A DNA stretch of 64,000 bases, taken from the NCBI GenBank assembly GCA_963709585.1, contig CAVPXI010000004.1, positions 170,547 through 234,546 of the forward strand, given 5' to 3'. A model generated the notes under the pieces. That model ran no database searches, was not told the DNA's origin, and saw only the letters and a program-made list of their open reading frames with translations. This document shows positions 42,468-53,494 of the stretch, piece by piece (positions within the stretch are counted from its first letter, which is position 1; each line of letters opens with the position of its first letter). Origin of the DNA: Candidatus Dormiibacterota bacterium (lineage in GTDB: Bacteria > Chloroflexota > Dormibacteria > Aeolococcales > Aeolococcaceae). The translations under genes were made by a program, and so were the position numbers.

Positions 42468-42567
42468 TCGCCCCTCATGGACGGCTTTCTTCGCGCCTGA
42501 GTGGCTGACCCGAGAGGCTCTTGGTCAAACTTCGCAGGCCCTTTTCATGCCTGATTCTTTCTGCTAA

Positions 42568-42585
42568 TATCTATTCAAGTAGATA
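42568..42585. promoter_or_regulatory. inverted repeat TATCTA-N6-TAGATA in AT-rich leader, candidate GntR operator
   Basis: A perfect 6-bp inverted repeat inside the only AT-rich stretch (42540-42600) for kilobases, about 30 nt upstream of the gntR start. Confidence 0.4.
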
Positions 42586-42612
42586 AATACCCTTAGCGGG
42601 AACCACCGGACC

Positions 42613-43005
42613 ATGATCCACTTCCGTCTGAACGCCCAATCGGGCGTGGCCACCTATGTGCAGCTGGTTCATCAGGTGCGCCATGCCCTGCGGTCTGGAC
42701 TGCTCGAGCCTGGGGATCAACTCCCCACAGTGAAAGAGGTCGTTGGATCGCTCGCCATCAACCCCAACACGGTGTTGAAGGCGTACCGCGAACTGGAACA
42801 CGCCGGCCTGGTTGAAGGGCGCCCGGGAATGGGGACCTTCGTCCTGCGCTCGTTGGAGGGTCCGCCTCCCGACAAGCAGGCTGCTCTTCGAAAATCATTG
42901 CAGCGGTGGCTGCAATCGGCATTCGAAGCGGGCCTGAGTCCCGATGCCGTCCTTGCCTTTGTCGATGCAGCCATACGCGATGTCACAGAGGACAGCGTGG
43001 CATGA
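42613..43005 (+). CDS. GntR family transcriptional regulator (YtrA-like short subfamily)
   Basis: wHTH motif (LPTVKEVVGSLAINPNTVLKAYRELEHAGLVEGRPGMGTFV) with a short C-terminal helical domain. Translationally coupled to the downstream ABC ATPase. Confidence 0.8.
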   Translation: MIHFRLNAQSGVATYVQLVHQVRHALRSGLLEPGDQLPTVKEVVGSLAINPNTVLKAYRELEHAGLVEGRPGMGTFVLRSLEGPPPDKQAALRKSLQRWLQSAFEAGLSPDAVLAFVDAAIRDVTEDSVA

Positions 43006-43907
43006 CCGCCATCGTCGCGACCGGGCTCGGAATGCGGTACGGCAAACGTGTGGCGCTCCGCGACTGTTCGATGGAGATTCCTTCGGGAAGTGTCACTGCA
43101 CTTGTCGGCCCCAATGGGGCGGGAAAGACCACGTTGCTCCTACTCGCTGCCGGATTGCTCGCTCCAACCGCTGGAACGATCACTGTTCTTGACCGGACTC
43201 CCGATCGGGACGTGGAACTGATCTCACGAATTGGCTTCGTTGCGCAGGACGTTCCACTCTACGGGTCCTTCACCGTCGCCGAAATGCTTCGCTTCGGTCA
43301 AAAGATGAACCACCACTGGGACCAGCAACTGGCCCAGCAGCGGATGGAGAAGCTGCAAATCCCCCTGAATCAGCAGGTCCATGAACTGTCGGGCGGGCAG
43401 CGAGCGCAGGTATCGCTGGCTCTCGCCTTGGGGAAGAAGCCCGACATCCTGCTGCTTGATGAGCCCCTCGCCAGTCTTGACCCGCTGGCCCGGCGGGAGT
43501 TCATGCGCGTGGTGATGGAGACCGCCGCCGACTCGAAGATCACGATCGTCCTGTCATCCCACCTGGTCGCCGACCTCGAGCGTGTATGTGACCACCTTGT
43601 GGTCCTGTCCTCGTCGCGCACTCAGGTCGTGGGGGAGATCGGTACCCTGTTGGACGGTCACCGCGTTCTTGTGGGGCCTCATTGCGACTCCCGCGAGCCC
43701 GACATTGCGGGTGTCGCGTCCATCGTTGAGAGGACGGACTCAGAGCGCCAGACCAGCCTCCTGGTCCGCACCAATGGACCGATTCTTGATCCAAAATGGA
43801 TATCCGAACCAGTCACGTTGGAAGATCTCGTGCTTGCCTACCTGGCACGTCCGGGTGCGACCGCGCTTCCGGCCCCGCGAGCGATGACAGAGGCGTCCGC
43901 GTCGTGA
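43002..43907 (+). CDS. ABC transporter ATP-binding protein
   Basis: Walker A GPNGAGKTT, signature LSGGQRAQVSLA and Walker B ILLLDEP. Confidence 0.85.
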   Translation: MTAIVATGLGMRYGKRVALRDCSMEIPSGSVTALVGPNGAGKTTLLLLAAGLLAPTAGTITVLDRTPDRDVELISRIGFVAQDVPLYGSFTVAEMLRFGQKMNHHWDQQLAQQRMEKLQIPLNQQVHELSGGQRAQVSLALALGKKPDILLLDEPLASLDPLARREFMRVVMETAADSKITIVLSSHLVADLERVCDHLVVLSSSRTQVVGEIGTLLDGHRVLVGPHCDSREPDIAGVASIVERTDSERQTSLLVRTNGPILDPKWISEPVTLEDLVLAYLARPGATALPAPRAMTEASAS

Positions 43908-44905
43908 TGTGGTTGACGTGGCGCCAACATCGCGCACAGTTCATCGCGGGTGTGGTTCTCGGCGGTGTGCTGGTTGCCTTTCTGGTGGTCACGGGCTTGG
44001 GAATGCGCTCCACCTATGACTCCCTGGGTGTTGCCACGTGCCTGGCCGCTACGCCGGCGCGAGACTGCACCATGCTGTTCAGTCAATTCCAAAACCAATA
44101 CTCGTCGTTGCAGTTCCTGATCCCGCTCTTCCTCCTGCTGCCCGTACTGCTCGGAGTCTTCTGGGGCGCGCCGTTGATTGCGCGTGAAGTCGAGCAGGGG
44201 ACCTACCGGCTGGCCTGGACACAGTCGGTGACCCGCCGCCGCTGGACCGTCACCAAACTCTTCATTGTCGGTTCAGTCGCTGTGATTCTTTCGGCCATAT
44301 TCTCGGCGGTATTGTGGTGGTGGGCAGACCCGCTGGTGGGGGACCCATCCGTCCAGCGCTTCAAATACGGCATCTTTGACTTACTCGGGGTTGTACCGGT
44401 TGCCTACACACTGTTCGCGGTTGCACTTGGTGTCGCTGCTGGAGTGGTGCTGCGGCGTACGACCGTCGCCATGGTGGCAACGCTCTGCGGGTTTGCCGTT
44501 GCGCGGCTGTTTGTGGAATTGGTGCTGCGCCCAAATTACCAACGCGCGGTCACGGCCGCTTACCCTCTCAGCTTCAGCTCCAAGACCGGTCCACCCGATG
44601 GCGCGTGGGTTCTCGCCGAGAACACCGTTACGGCGTCAGGGTTCGCCGTGAGTGGTGACTCCAACGGAGTCAGCCTCAGCTATGTCCCGATGCAGCACAT
44701 CTGTCCCTATCTCACTCCTGTTTCGGCACCTGGTTCCGCGGCGATGCAGCAATGCCTCACCCAGAACGGAATTCACGTCGTCGCCACGTTTCAGCCGTAC
44801 GACCGCTACTGGTTGTTCCAGGGGATCGAGTCCGCGCTGTTCATCGTCCTCGCGATCGCGCTGGCCCTGTTCTCCATTTGGTGGGTGCGCAGACGGGTCC
44901 GATAG
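43907..44905 (+). CDS. ABC-2 family transporter permease
   Basis: Multi-TM protein in the gntR-ABC operon (ytrA-type module). Confidence 0.6.
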   Translation: MWLTWRQHRAQFIAGVVLGGVLVAFLVVTGLGMRSTYDSLGVATCLAATPARDCTMLFSQFQNQYSSLQFLIPLFLLLPVLLGVFWGAPLIAREVEQGTYRLAWTQSVTRRRWTVTKLFIVGSVAVILSAIFSAVLWWWADPLVGDPSVQRFKYGIFDLLGVVPVAYTLFAVALGVAAGVVLRRTTVAMVATLCGFAVARLFVELVLRPNYQRAVTAAYPLSFSSKTGPPDGAWVLAENTVTASGFAVSGDSNGVSLSYVPMQHICPYLTPVSAPGSAAMQQCLTQNGIHVVATFQPYDRYWLFQGIESALFIVLAIALALFSIWWVRRRVR

Positions 44906-44911
44906 CCCGTT

Positions 44912-45709
44912 TCACGCCTGCGGCGGTGTCACCCGGAGGCGGTCGATGAACAAGCCCTGCAGCGAACGGCCGATCGGCCCCCGCTCATCGTAGAGCCTGC
45001 TGTGCGCGACGCCGACACCGTGCCGATCGACATCGGTGCTCGCGTCAAGGCAGATCCATTCGCCCTCGGGCTGACGGTGCACATACACGGTCAGATCGGT
45101 GTTGATGAACATGAACTGTTGCCACGACAGCGCCGACGAGACGCCGTTGCCGAAATCGGCCGCGGCAAGCGTGCGCTGCAGCGGCGTCGGCGTCTGACCC
45201 GCGATCAGCGGGATCGCGAGCCGCATCCACACGGTCGCGGGCCCCGGCTCCATGAACGACCCACGCGCGTAACGCATCTCGACACCGGTGCGGTGAAACG
45301 CGGGATCGTCACTCTCGGCGACATGTGCGGTCAACTCGGCCGGCCCCGGGAACGGCACCTCGAGCGGCGGCTGCTCGCCGAGGTCGAGGTCCGCGATGCG
45401 CATGCGCCACGCCGTCGCTCGGCAGAGTTCGGTGTTGCCGTCGGTGAGTGTCGCGGTCACCAGCTGGACGCGGCGGCCTTCGCGCTCCACGCGGGCGGAG
45501 ACCTCAACGGGTCGGAGCGGCACCGGCCGGAAGATCTCAACGGTGATCCGTACGACCGCCATGGGCGCCTCGGTCCGAAGCGCCTCCATGGCTGCGGCCA
45601 TGAGCGCTGCCGGCGGGCCGCCGTGCATGGCGCCGCGATCCCAAGGCCCCCGCGCATGCTCGCTGGGCACGTAGCCGCGTTTGTGGGGAGTGAACAGCGC
45701 GTCGGGCAT
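44912..45709 (-). CDS. acyl-CoA thioesterase (double hotdog, TesB-like) family protein
   Basis: Hotdog-fold motifs (HGGPPAAL...). Internal start at MPDALFTP. Confidence 0.55.
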   Translation of the reverse strand: MPDALFTPHKRGYVPSEHARGPWDRGAMHGGPPAALMAAAMEALRTEAPMAVVRITVEIFRPVPLRPVEVSARVEREGRRVQLVTATLTDGNTELCRATAWRMRIADLDLGEQPPLEVPFPGPAELTAHVAESDDPAFHRTGVEMRYARGSFMEPGPATVWMRLAIPLIAGQTPTPLQRTLAAADFGNGVSSALSWQQFMFINTDLTVYVHRQPEGEWICLDASTDVDRHGVGVAHSRLYDERGPIGRSLQGLFIDRLRVTPPQA

Positions 45710-45812
45710 CGCCGCATGGTGCACCAAGAAGCCCGTGAGCGGAACGCCACTCAGGCTGCCTGCTACGCTCGTCCTCGTGGCGGCGAGGCGCACGACGCTA
45801 GCGGCGCGGGGC

Positions 45813-46638
<826 letters not shown>

Positions 46639-46640
<2 letters not shown>

Positions 46641-47706
46641 GGCCGGCATCGAGGTCACCGGGACCGCTCAACGGCGCTCCTGGGAGTCTGTGGGGCTGCC
46701 CGAGGTCGAGCGTGTTCGTCCCGGGCTCTGGTCGGTTCCCGTCCCGCTGCCGAACAACCCGCTGCGCTACGTCCTCGTCTACCTGCTCGAGCTGGACGCC
46801 GGCGTCGCGGCCATCGACACCGGCTGGAGCACCGAGGAGGCCTGGAGCACGCTCGTGGCCGGGATGGCGGTGGCCGGGTATGCCCCAGCTGATGTCCAGG
46901 CGATCCTGGTCACGCACATCCATCCCGACCACTACGGGCTTGCCGGGCGGCTGCGCGAGGCCTCGGGGGCGTGGGTCGCGCTACATCCGGCGGACGCCGC
47001 GCTGATCCCGGCTCGCTACGGCCTGGGTATCGACGACCTGCTCGCGAACATGGATGCCCTGCTCATCGACGCCGGCGTCCCCGACGAGGTGCGGACGGAG
47101 CTCACCGTCGCTTCGATGGGGATCCGCGAGCTCGTCGCCGCCACCGAACCGGACGTGCTCCTTGAGGACCGGGTCAGGGTGCCCCTGCCGGGATGGGACC
47201 TCCTCACCCTGCACACGCCCGGCCACTCGCCCGGTCATGTCTGCTTCCACGATCGCAAAGGCAGGCTGCTCTTCAGCGGCGACCACGTGCTCCCGCGGAT
47301 CAGTCCGAGCGTGGCGCTGCACGTGCAGCAGCCGATCAATCCGCTCGCAGATTTTCTCGACGCACTGCGCCGCGTGCGCGACCTGGACGTCGACGAAGTG
47401 CTGCCGGCGCACCAATGGCGGTTCCGTGGCCTGGACGCGCGTGTCGACGAGCTGCTCGACCACCACCGCCACCGGCTCGACGAGACCCATCAAGCGATCA
47501 GCGACACGCCGGGGCTCACCTGCTGGGAGACCACGCTCCGACTGCGTTGGTCCCGAGACTGGTCGCAGATCGTCGGCTACATGCGGCGCGCGGCGGTGGG
47601 CGAGACGCTCGCGCACCTGGTCCTCCTCGAAAGTTCGGGACGGGCGCGCCGGGACCAGGAGCGGCCCGTGCACTGGTACCCGGCGGGTGACTCTTCAGGC
47701 GGATGA
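46639..47706 (+). CDS. MBL-fold metallo-hydrolase
   Basis: HIHPDHYG and HTPGHSPGH motifs. Internal start MAGIEVTG. Confidence 0.75.
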
Positions 47707-49143
47707 GGGGGCGCGGACGGCCGATCCCGGCCAGGTCACGCTGATCACCCCGGCGAGAAGCGCCACGGCAACCAGCAGCACGGCGACCGACGCGATCCCT
47801 CGTCCCGAGGCGATCACGAGCGACGTCAAGGCGACGCCAAGCGCAGCCCCGAGACCGCGCGCCATGTTCAGCAGTCCTCCGGCCGCACCGGCCCGCTGCA
47901 AAGGAGCCGAGAACATGGTCGCCGCGTTGTTCGCCGCGACGAACAGCCCCAGACCCGCCCCGGCGACCGCCAGCGCGACCACGGTCAGGTCGTCCCGGCT
48001 CGCCGGGACGGCAAGCAGCGCCATTCCGGCGGCCGTCAGGAGCATGCCGGCGCCGGTCGGCACGCGGGATCCGATCCGGTCTCGGATCGCTCCGCCCAAC
48101 GGAGCCACGACCATGAGTGCCACGGGAAGCGCGCTGAGCTCGAGTCCCGCCTTCACCGGGCCGATGCGGCCCGACCGCTCCAGGAAGATCGGCACGGAGA
48201 CGAGGCAGCCGAAGAGGACCACGTACGAGAGCAGCGCCGCGATCGCCCCGGCCACGAAGGGCGGGATGCGTATCGACGCCGCGTCGACCACCGACCCGAT
48301 CGCGCTCCGCTGTCGCATCACCGCGCCGACAACCAGGATGCAGGTGAGGCCGATGAGAACAGGCTCGGCCCACACCGGCGTCCCCGATTGGGCGGCGAAG
48401 GACAGGGCTGCGAGAACCGCCGCCGGGATAGCCGCGAGGAGCAGGGTGCCGTAGGGATCGATGCGGCTGTCCGGGTCGTGCTGCGTGCTCCTCGGCAGCA
48501 GAAACCATCCCAGCGCCAGGCCGATCAGACCGATCGGGATGTTGACCAGAAAGATCAGACGCCAGCCACCGAGCGCGGTGAGCACGCCGCCGAGGGCCGG
48601 CCCGACGCTGAGGCCGGCCGCCTGCGCCGCGCCCTGAACGCCCAGCCCGGTGCCGAGCCGAGAGGGGGGAAGCACGTCGCGGATCAGCGCGAACGAGTTC
48701 GCCTGGAGCATCACGGCGCCGATCGCCTGCACGAGTCTGGCCAGCACGAGGATGCCGAGCGACGGAGCGACCGCGCAGGCGGCAGACCCTGCCACGAAGA
48801 TGCCGAAGCCATAGGTGTAGAGCAGCTTCCGACCGACCCGATCGGCGATCCTGCCCACCGCCGCAACCGTCCCCGCGAGGACGAGCACGTACACGAGCAC
48901 CACCCATTCGACACTGGCGATGGATCCGTGTAGGTTTTTCCCGATGACCGGAAGGGCTGTGGACACGATGCTGGCGTCGAGCTGGCCCATGAAGGCGCCG
49001 ACGCAGACCGTCCCCACCGCGAGCCACGGGGCGGCGTGCAATGCCCTGATGCGCGCCGGACGTCGCGGTTCGGTGAGGATGCGTGGGGTGGCGCGGCGCG
49101 GTCCCTCGGGCTCAGACACGGGTGGTCGGGCCTCCGCGCTCAA
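47695..49143 (-). CDS. MFS transporter (14-TMS drug:H+ antiporter, EmrB/QacA-like)
   Basis: 482 aa with 14 predicted TM segments and the MFS motif GRIADRVGRK. Confidence 0.8.
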   Translation of the reverse strand: MSAEARPPVSEPEGPRRATPRILTEPRRPARIRALHAAPWLAVGTVCVGAFMGQLDASIVSTALPVIGKNLHGSIASVEWVVLVYVLVLAGTVAAVGRIADRVGRKLLYTYGFGIFVAGSAACAVAPSLGILVLARLVQAIGAVMLQANSFALIRDVLPPSRLGTGLGVQGAAQAAGLSVGPALGGVLTALGGWRLIFLVNIPIGLIGLALGWFLLPRSTQHDPDSRIDPYGTLLLAAIPAAVLAALSFAAQSGTPVWAEPVLIGLTCILVVGAVMRQRSAIGSVVDAASIRIPPFVAGAIAALLSYVVLFGCLVSVPIFLERSGRIGPVKAGLELSALPVALMVVAPLGGAIRDRIGSRVPTGAGMLLTAAGMALLAVPASRDDLTVVALAVAGAGLGLFVAANNAATMFSAPLQRAGAAGGLLNMARGLGAALGVALTSLVIASGRGIASVAVLLVAVALLAGVISVTWPGSAVRAPSSA

Positions 49144-49320
49144 TCCGGGCCGGTGTGACCGCCATCACCCCATCATCCAGCACGGCAGCGCCCTCGACCG
49201 CGCGGTCCGGCGGCACATGTCTCCACCCGGTGACGGAACGATGGTCGCCGAGATCAGACCGCTCTGGCGCTCCGATACTGCGATGACCCACCTGTCCACG
49301 CGCCCGGGAGGCCGCAACCC

Positions 49321-49710
49321 TTGACCCAGCAGCGCATCCTTCTCGCTGACGACGAACCGCGCCTCCTGCATGTGGTCGGTCTGTATCTCAGCATGGAAGG
49401 ATTCGAGGTGCGAGAGGCGTCGGATGGGACCGAGGCGCTGTCGATGCTCGAGACCGAAGAGTTCGACCTCGCCATCCTCGATGTGATGATGCCGGGGGTC
49501 GACGGGATCGAGGTGTGCCGGCACATCCGCTCGCAGCCGGGCACGCAGTCGATGCCGGTTCTGGTGTTCACCTCACTTTCCTCGGACAAGGATGTGGAGC
49601 GGGCCCGTCTGGCCGGCGCGAATCACCTGATCACCAAGCCGTTCAGCCTGCCGGGGCTCGGGGCGGTGGTTCGCTCGTGCTTCGAGGACGCCCCAGCGCT
49701 CACCGGCTGA
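49321..49710 (+). CDS. single-domain response regulator (receiver only)
   Basis: Acidic pocket DDE, phospho-acceptor D (ILDVMMPGVDG), then conserved T/S and K (ITKPF). TTG start. No histidine kinase or output domain is nearby. Confidence 0.7.
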   Translation: MTQQRILLADDEPRLLHVVGLYLSMEGFEVREASDGTEALSMLETEEFDLAILDVMMPGVDGIEVCRHIRSQPGTQSMPVLVFTSLSSDKDVERARLAGANHLITKPFSLPGLGAVVRSCFEDAPALTG

Positions 49711-49752
49711 CAGCGCCCGCGCGCTCGCTTTGTCGCCAGGCGCCGCCCGGCC

Positions 49753-50514
49753 TCAGGCGATCGCCCGGCTGAAGCGCCGCGCGCCCACCAGGACTCCGAC
49801 GACCGCCAGCGCGGCCATGATTGCGAGGCCCTTGAAGACGTCGGGGTCCGAGCCGTGCCCGTTGAAGACATCGCGAGCGGCAGTGACGGCGTAGGAGAGC
49901 GGGTTCGCCTGCGCGACGTGCTGCAGCCACTCGGGTGCGAGCTGCAGGGGGAGCAGCACGCCGCTGAGGAGCAGCAGCGGCAGCGAGAGCGTGAAGATGA
50001 GCGGCGCGTAGGAATCCTCGCTCTTCAGCGCGAGCGCGGCCGCGTAGGCGAGCGACGACATGCCGAGACCGATGAGCGCGACCAGTCCGAGCATGACGAA
50101 AACGCCTGACACGGTCGGTTGCAGGCCGAAGGGAATCGACAGCAGCAGCAGGATCATCGATTGCACCACTAGCGTCAGGATGTCGCGGAGCGCGCGCCCG
50201 AGAAGGAGTGCGAACCGGCTCACCGGCGTCACCCGGAAGCGCTCGATGACACCGGCACGCAGCTCCGCGATCAGTCCGAAGCCGACGCCGCTCGCGCCGA
50301 ACAGCCCGAGCTGGATGAGCAGCCCCGGGACGAACACGTTGTACGCACCCCCGGATGGGAAGCCGCGCGTCTCGGTCAACGATTTGAGCAGGGGTGCGAA
50401 GAGGACCAGGTAGAGCACCGGCTGGAGCACGCCGATCGCAACCCACGCCGGGTTGCGCAGGAACACGAAGAGATATCGCTGGAACATCAGCCACGTGTCT
50501 TTGAGGAATTTCAT
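49753..50514 (-). CDS. ABC-2 type transporter permease
   Basis: 253 aa, 6 TM segments. Downstream of the ABC ATPase in the same operon. Confidence 0.75.
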   Translation of the reverse strand: MKFLKDTWLMFQRYLFVFLRNPAWVAIGVLQPVLYLVLFAPLLKSLTETRGFPSGGAYNVFVPGLLIQLGLFGASGVGFGLIAELRAGVIERFRVTPVSRFALLLGRALRDILTLVVQSMILLLLSIPFGLQPTVSGVFVMLGLVALIGLGMSSLAYAAALALKSEDSYAPLIFTLSLPLLLLSGVLLPLQLAPEWLQHVAQANPLSYAVTAARDVFNGHGSDPDVFKGLAIMAALAVVGVLVGARRFSRAIA

Positions 50515-50526
50515 GTCGATGCGCTC

Positions 50527-51471
50527 CTATGCCGCGTCGCGCAGCGAACGCCCGGTCTGACGCAGAAACACGTCGTCGAGGCTTGGACGGGTCAGCGACA
50601 GCGACGCGAGGGCGATGCCCTCGGCGTCGAGCGCGCGAAGGATCTGCGGCATCGCAGTCTCGCCCCGGTCGACGTAGAGGCGGACGACGCCGTCTCCCGA
50701 GGTGGCTTCGCGGACGAACGCCTGGCCGCGCAGCAGCTGGAGCACCTGGTCGCTCGCGTTGTCGGTGCCCACGATGACCACGTCGCCGGCGACCTGGCGC
50801 TTCAGCTCGTCGGGTGTGCCGAGGGCGACGATCCTGCCGTGATCGATGATCGCGATGCGGTCGCAGAGCGCGTCGGCTTCCTCGAGGTAATGGGTCGTGA
50901 GGAAGACGGTCGTTCCGGTGTCGCGCAGTGCGCGCACCTCGTCCCACATCCGAGCCCTGCTCTGCGGATCGAGCCCCGTGGTGGGCTCGTCCAGGAACAG
51001 CAGTTGGGGCAGGTGCATAAGGCCGATCCCGATGTCGAGCCGGCGTTTCTGTCCGCCCGAATATGTCTTTGTCGGCCTGTCCGCGCAGTCGGCGAGCTCG
51101 AGCGCGGTGATGAGCTCGGCGGCCCGCTGCTGGGCTCGCGCCTTGGTCATGCCGTAGAGCCGGCCCTGAATGATCAGCTCGGCGCGACCCGGAATCTCAG
51201 GCGCGCTGCTCCCCTCCTGACTCACGTAGCCGATCTCGTAACGCACCTTGGCCGGGGCGTGGAGGAGGTCGAAGCCCGCGACCGTCGCCTCGCCACTGGT
51301 CGGCGGCAACAGCGTCGAAAGCATGCGCAGCGTCGTCGTCTTGCCCGCGCCGTTGGGCCCGAGAAATCCGAAGATCTCGCCCTTCCTGACGTCGAGGTCG
51401 ACTCCGGCGACGGCTTCCACAGCTCCCTTGCGCGACTTGAAGGTCTTGCGCAGATTGTGGGTCTCAATCAA
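50527..51471 (-). CDS. ABC transporter ATP-binding protein (DrrA-like)
   Basis: Walker A GPNGAGKTT, signature YSGGQKRRL and Walker B LLFLDEPTTGLD. Confidence 0.85.
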   Translation of the reverse strand: MIETHNLRKTFKSRKGAVEAVAGVDLDVRKGEIFGFLGPNGAGKTTTLRMLSTLLPPTSGEATVAGFDLLHAPAKVRYEIGYVSQEGSSAPEIPGRAELIIQGRLYGMTKARAQQRAAELITALELADCADRPTKTYSGGQKRRLDIGIGLMHLPQLLFLDEPTTGLDPQSRARMWDEVRALRDTGTTVFLTTHYLEEADALCDRIAIIDHGRIVALGTPDELKRQVAGDVVIVGTDNASDQVLQLLRGQAFVREATSGDGVVRLYVDRGETAMPQILRALDAEGIALASLSLTRPSLDDVFLRQTGRSLRDAA

Positions 51472-51540
51472 TTCGTGTCCCCTCCGGGATCGCGCCCTTG
51501 CGCGATTTGAAAGTCTTTCGCTGGCCGCTGATCTGAATGA

Positions 51541-52231
51541 TCAATTCGTATTCCCCGCCGGAGACGTGTGGAGCAGCTTGGCGAGGTGGTTTTCCCGATG
51601 GCGATTGCGACGCTCCGAGTCGGCGGCGTGCATCGCCTCGAAATGCGCTCGGATCAGCTCCTCGTTCCACACGAGCGCGCCGGACTGCATGTCCGCGGTG
51701 ATGGAGTCGGATCCACTCGATCTCGGCCGCGGCGAGGGCGATCGCATGCTCCAGCTCGAGCAGCACGAGCCTCGGAAGGCCAAGGTCGTCCTGGGCCATC
51801 CTGAGGGTGGCCTCGAGGCCGGTCACCCGTACCCGGAGGCTGACGGTGCGGCTTGCCAGCGCAATCTCTGCGCGCTCCTGGGTGATGTAGCCGAGGAGGC
51901 CGACAGCGACGCGGAACACGGGCGTCTCATCGACAGGCGTCGAGAGCAGGTCGGCAAGCCAGTTCTCGAGCTCCTCGCTGCCCTCGGGCGTGATCCGGTA
52001 GACGGTGCGCTCCGGTCGCCGGCCCTCGCGGCTCGTCTCGATCGGCTCGATGTACCCGGCCAACTCCAACTCCTCGATCGCCCGGTAGAGGGTCCGGGTC
52101 TTGCCCACTGCGTACGCCTTGTGGCGCTCCTTGAGCAGGCGCTGGATCTCGTACGGATGGCAGGGCTGCTCGCTGAGCAGGCCGAGCGTGGTCAGGGCCA
52201 CCATGTCTTTGGGCTGTGTGCGGATTTCCAT
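51541..52231 (-). CDS. PadR family transcriptional regulator, frameshifted near 3 prime end
   Basis: PadR wHTH (PCHPYEIQRLLKERHKAYAVGKTRTLYRAIEELELAGYIEPI). The C-terminal helical domain continues in the 51783 frame (DSITADMQSGALVWNEELIRAHFEAMHAADSERRNRHRENHL). The frames join at about 51708-51714. Upstream of the ABC exporter. Confidence 0.7.
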
Positions 52232-52279
52232 ATTGCGAATCGCACTATAGCACGACGCAATGAGCGCGATGAAAGGCGC

Positions 52280-53494
52280 TCAGTCCTCGGAGTGACGGGC
52301 GACCTCGTGGTGCTCCTGGAGGTATTCGCGGATCGCGATCAGTGCCGCGATGCCGTCTCCGACAGCGGATCCCAACTGCTTGGTCGACCCACGGCGGACG
52401 TCGCCGGCAGCGAACACCCCGGGAACGGAGGTGGCGAAACCGCCCTTGGTGTCGACAAACCCTCGGGCGTCGAGATCCACGCTGCCGCGGAGAAACTCGG
52501 TGTTGGGATCGAGCCCGATGAAGACGAAGGCAGCACGCGGGGTCACCACCTGCTCCTCGCCGGTGGCGCGATCGCGAAGGCGGACCGACTCGAGCCGTCC
52601 GCTGCCGGCGAGCTCGACGACCTCGGTGTTGCGCTGCACCACGAAGTGCGGGTCGTTGTTCACCTTGTCCTGGAGCAGGCGTGAGGCGGTGAGCTCGGGC
52701 TCGCGCTGGACGACACGGATGCGGTTGGCGAACTTCCGGAGGAAGAGGCCCTCCTCGAGCGCCGAGTTTCCGCCGCCGATGACCAGAAGTTCCTCGGCGC
52801 CACGGTAGAACGGCCCGTCGCAGGTCGCGCAGAAGTGGACGCCGGCGCCGATGAGGTCGTCCTCGCCGGGAACGCCGAGGCGCCGATACGACGATCCGGT
52901 GGCGATCAGCACCGCGTGCGTCTCGATCTCCTGGCCGCTTGCCAGGCGGAGGCAGAGGTCACCCGCCTCCGCGCCCTCGGCGGCGACGTGCTCGACGCTC
53001 ACCGCGCTGAGAAGTTCGACCTCGTAGCGACGGGCCTGGGCGATGAAGCGCTCGGCGAGGTCCGCTCCGCCGACGCCCTCCGGGAACCCCGGGTAGTTGT
53101 CGATGCGCTCGGTGACGCCCGCCTGGCCGCCGAGCCCGCTGCGCTCGACCACCACGGCGTCGATGCCTTCTCGCGCCGCGTAGATGGCGGCGGCGAGACC
53201 CGCCGGGCCGCCGCCGACGATCGCCAGGTCGTAGCAGGTGCGCTTGGCCTCGAGGGTGAGCCCGAGCTTGTGCGCGAGCTCCTCATTGGTCGGATCGACG
53301 AGCACGTCGGTCGCGTCGAAAACGATCGTCGGAATCGTGCGCCCGCCCTTCTGCAGCTCCTCGACGTGCTCCAGGCCGGCGGCGTCCTGGTCGATATCGA
53401 CCCAGTCGTACGCGACGCGCTGCTCGGCGAGGAAGCGCTTCGCGCGCTTGCAGTCCGGGCACCACGGGGCGCCGTAGACGGTGACCTGGGCCAT
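52280..53494 (-). CDS. glutaredoxin-like (NrdH/mycoredoxin-type CPDC) domain fused to thioredoxin-disulfide reductase
   Basis: N-terminal roughly 80 aa: MAQVTVYGAPWCPDCKRAKRFL...TIPTIVF. Then TrxR: FAD motif LAIVGGGPAGLAAAIYAAR, redox CATC and NADPH motif VIGGGNSA. The upstream 197 codons of the ORF are junk and rejected. Confidence 0.8.
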   Translation of the reverse strand: MAQVTVYGAPWCPDCKRAKRFLAEQRVAYDWVDIDQDAAGLEHVEELQKGGRTIPTIVFDATDVLVDPTNEELAHKLGLTLEAKRTCYDLAIVGGGPAGLAAAIYAAREGIDAVVVERSGLGGQAGVTERIDNYPGFPEGVGGADLAERFIAQARRYEVELLSAVSVEHVAAEGAEAGDLCLRLASGQEIETHAVLIATGSSYRRLGVPGEDDLIGAGVHFCATCDGPFYRGAEELLVIGGGNSALEEGLFLRKFANRIRVVQREPELTASRLLQDKVNNDPHFVVQRNTEVVELAGSGRLESVRLRDRATGEEQVVTPRAAFVFIGLDPNTEFLRGSVDLDARGFVDTKGGFATSVPGVFAAGDVRRGSTKQLGSAVGDGIAALIAIREYLQEHHEVARHSED

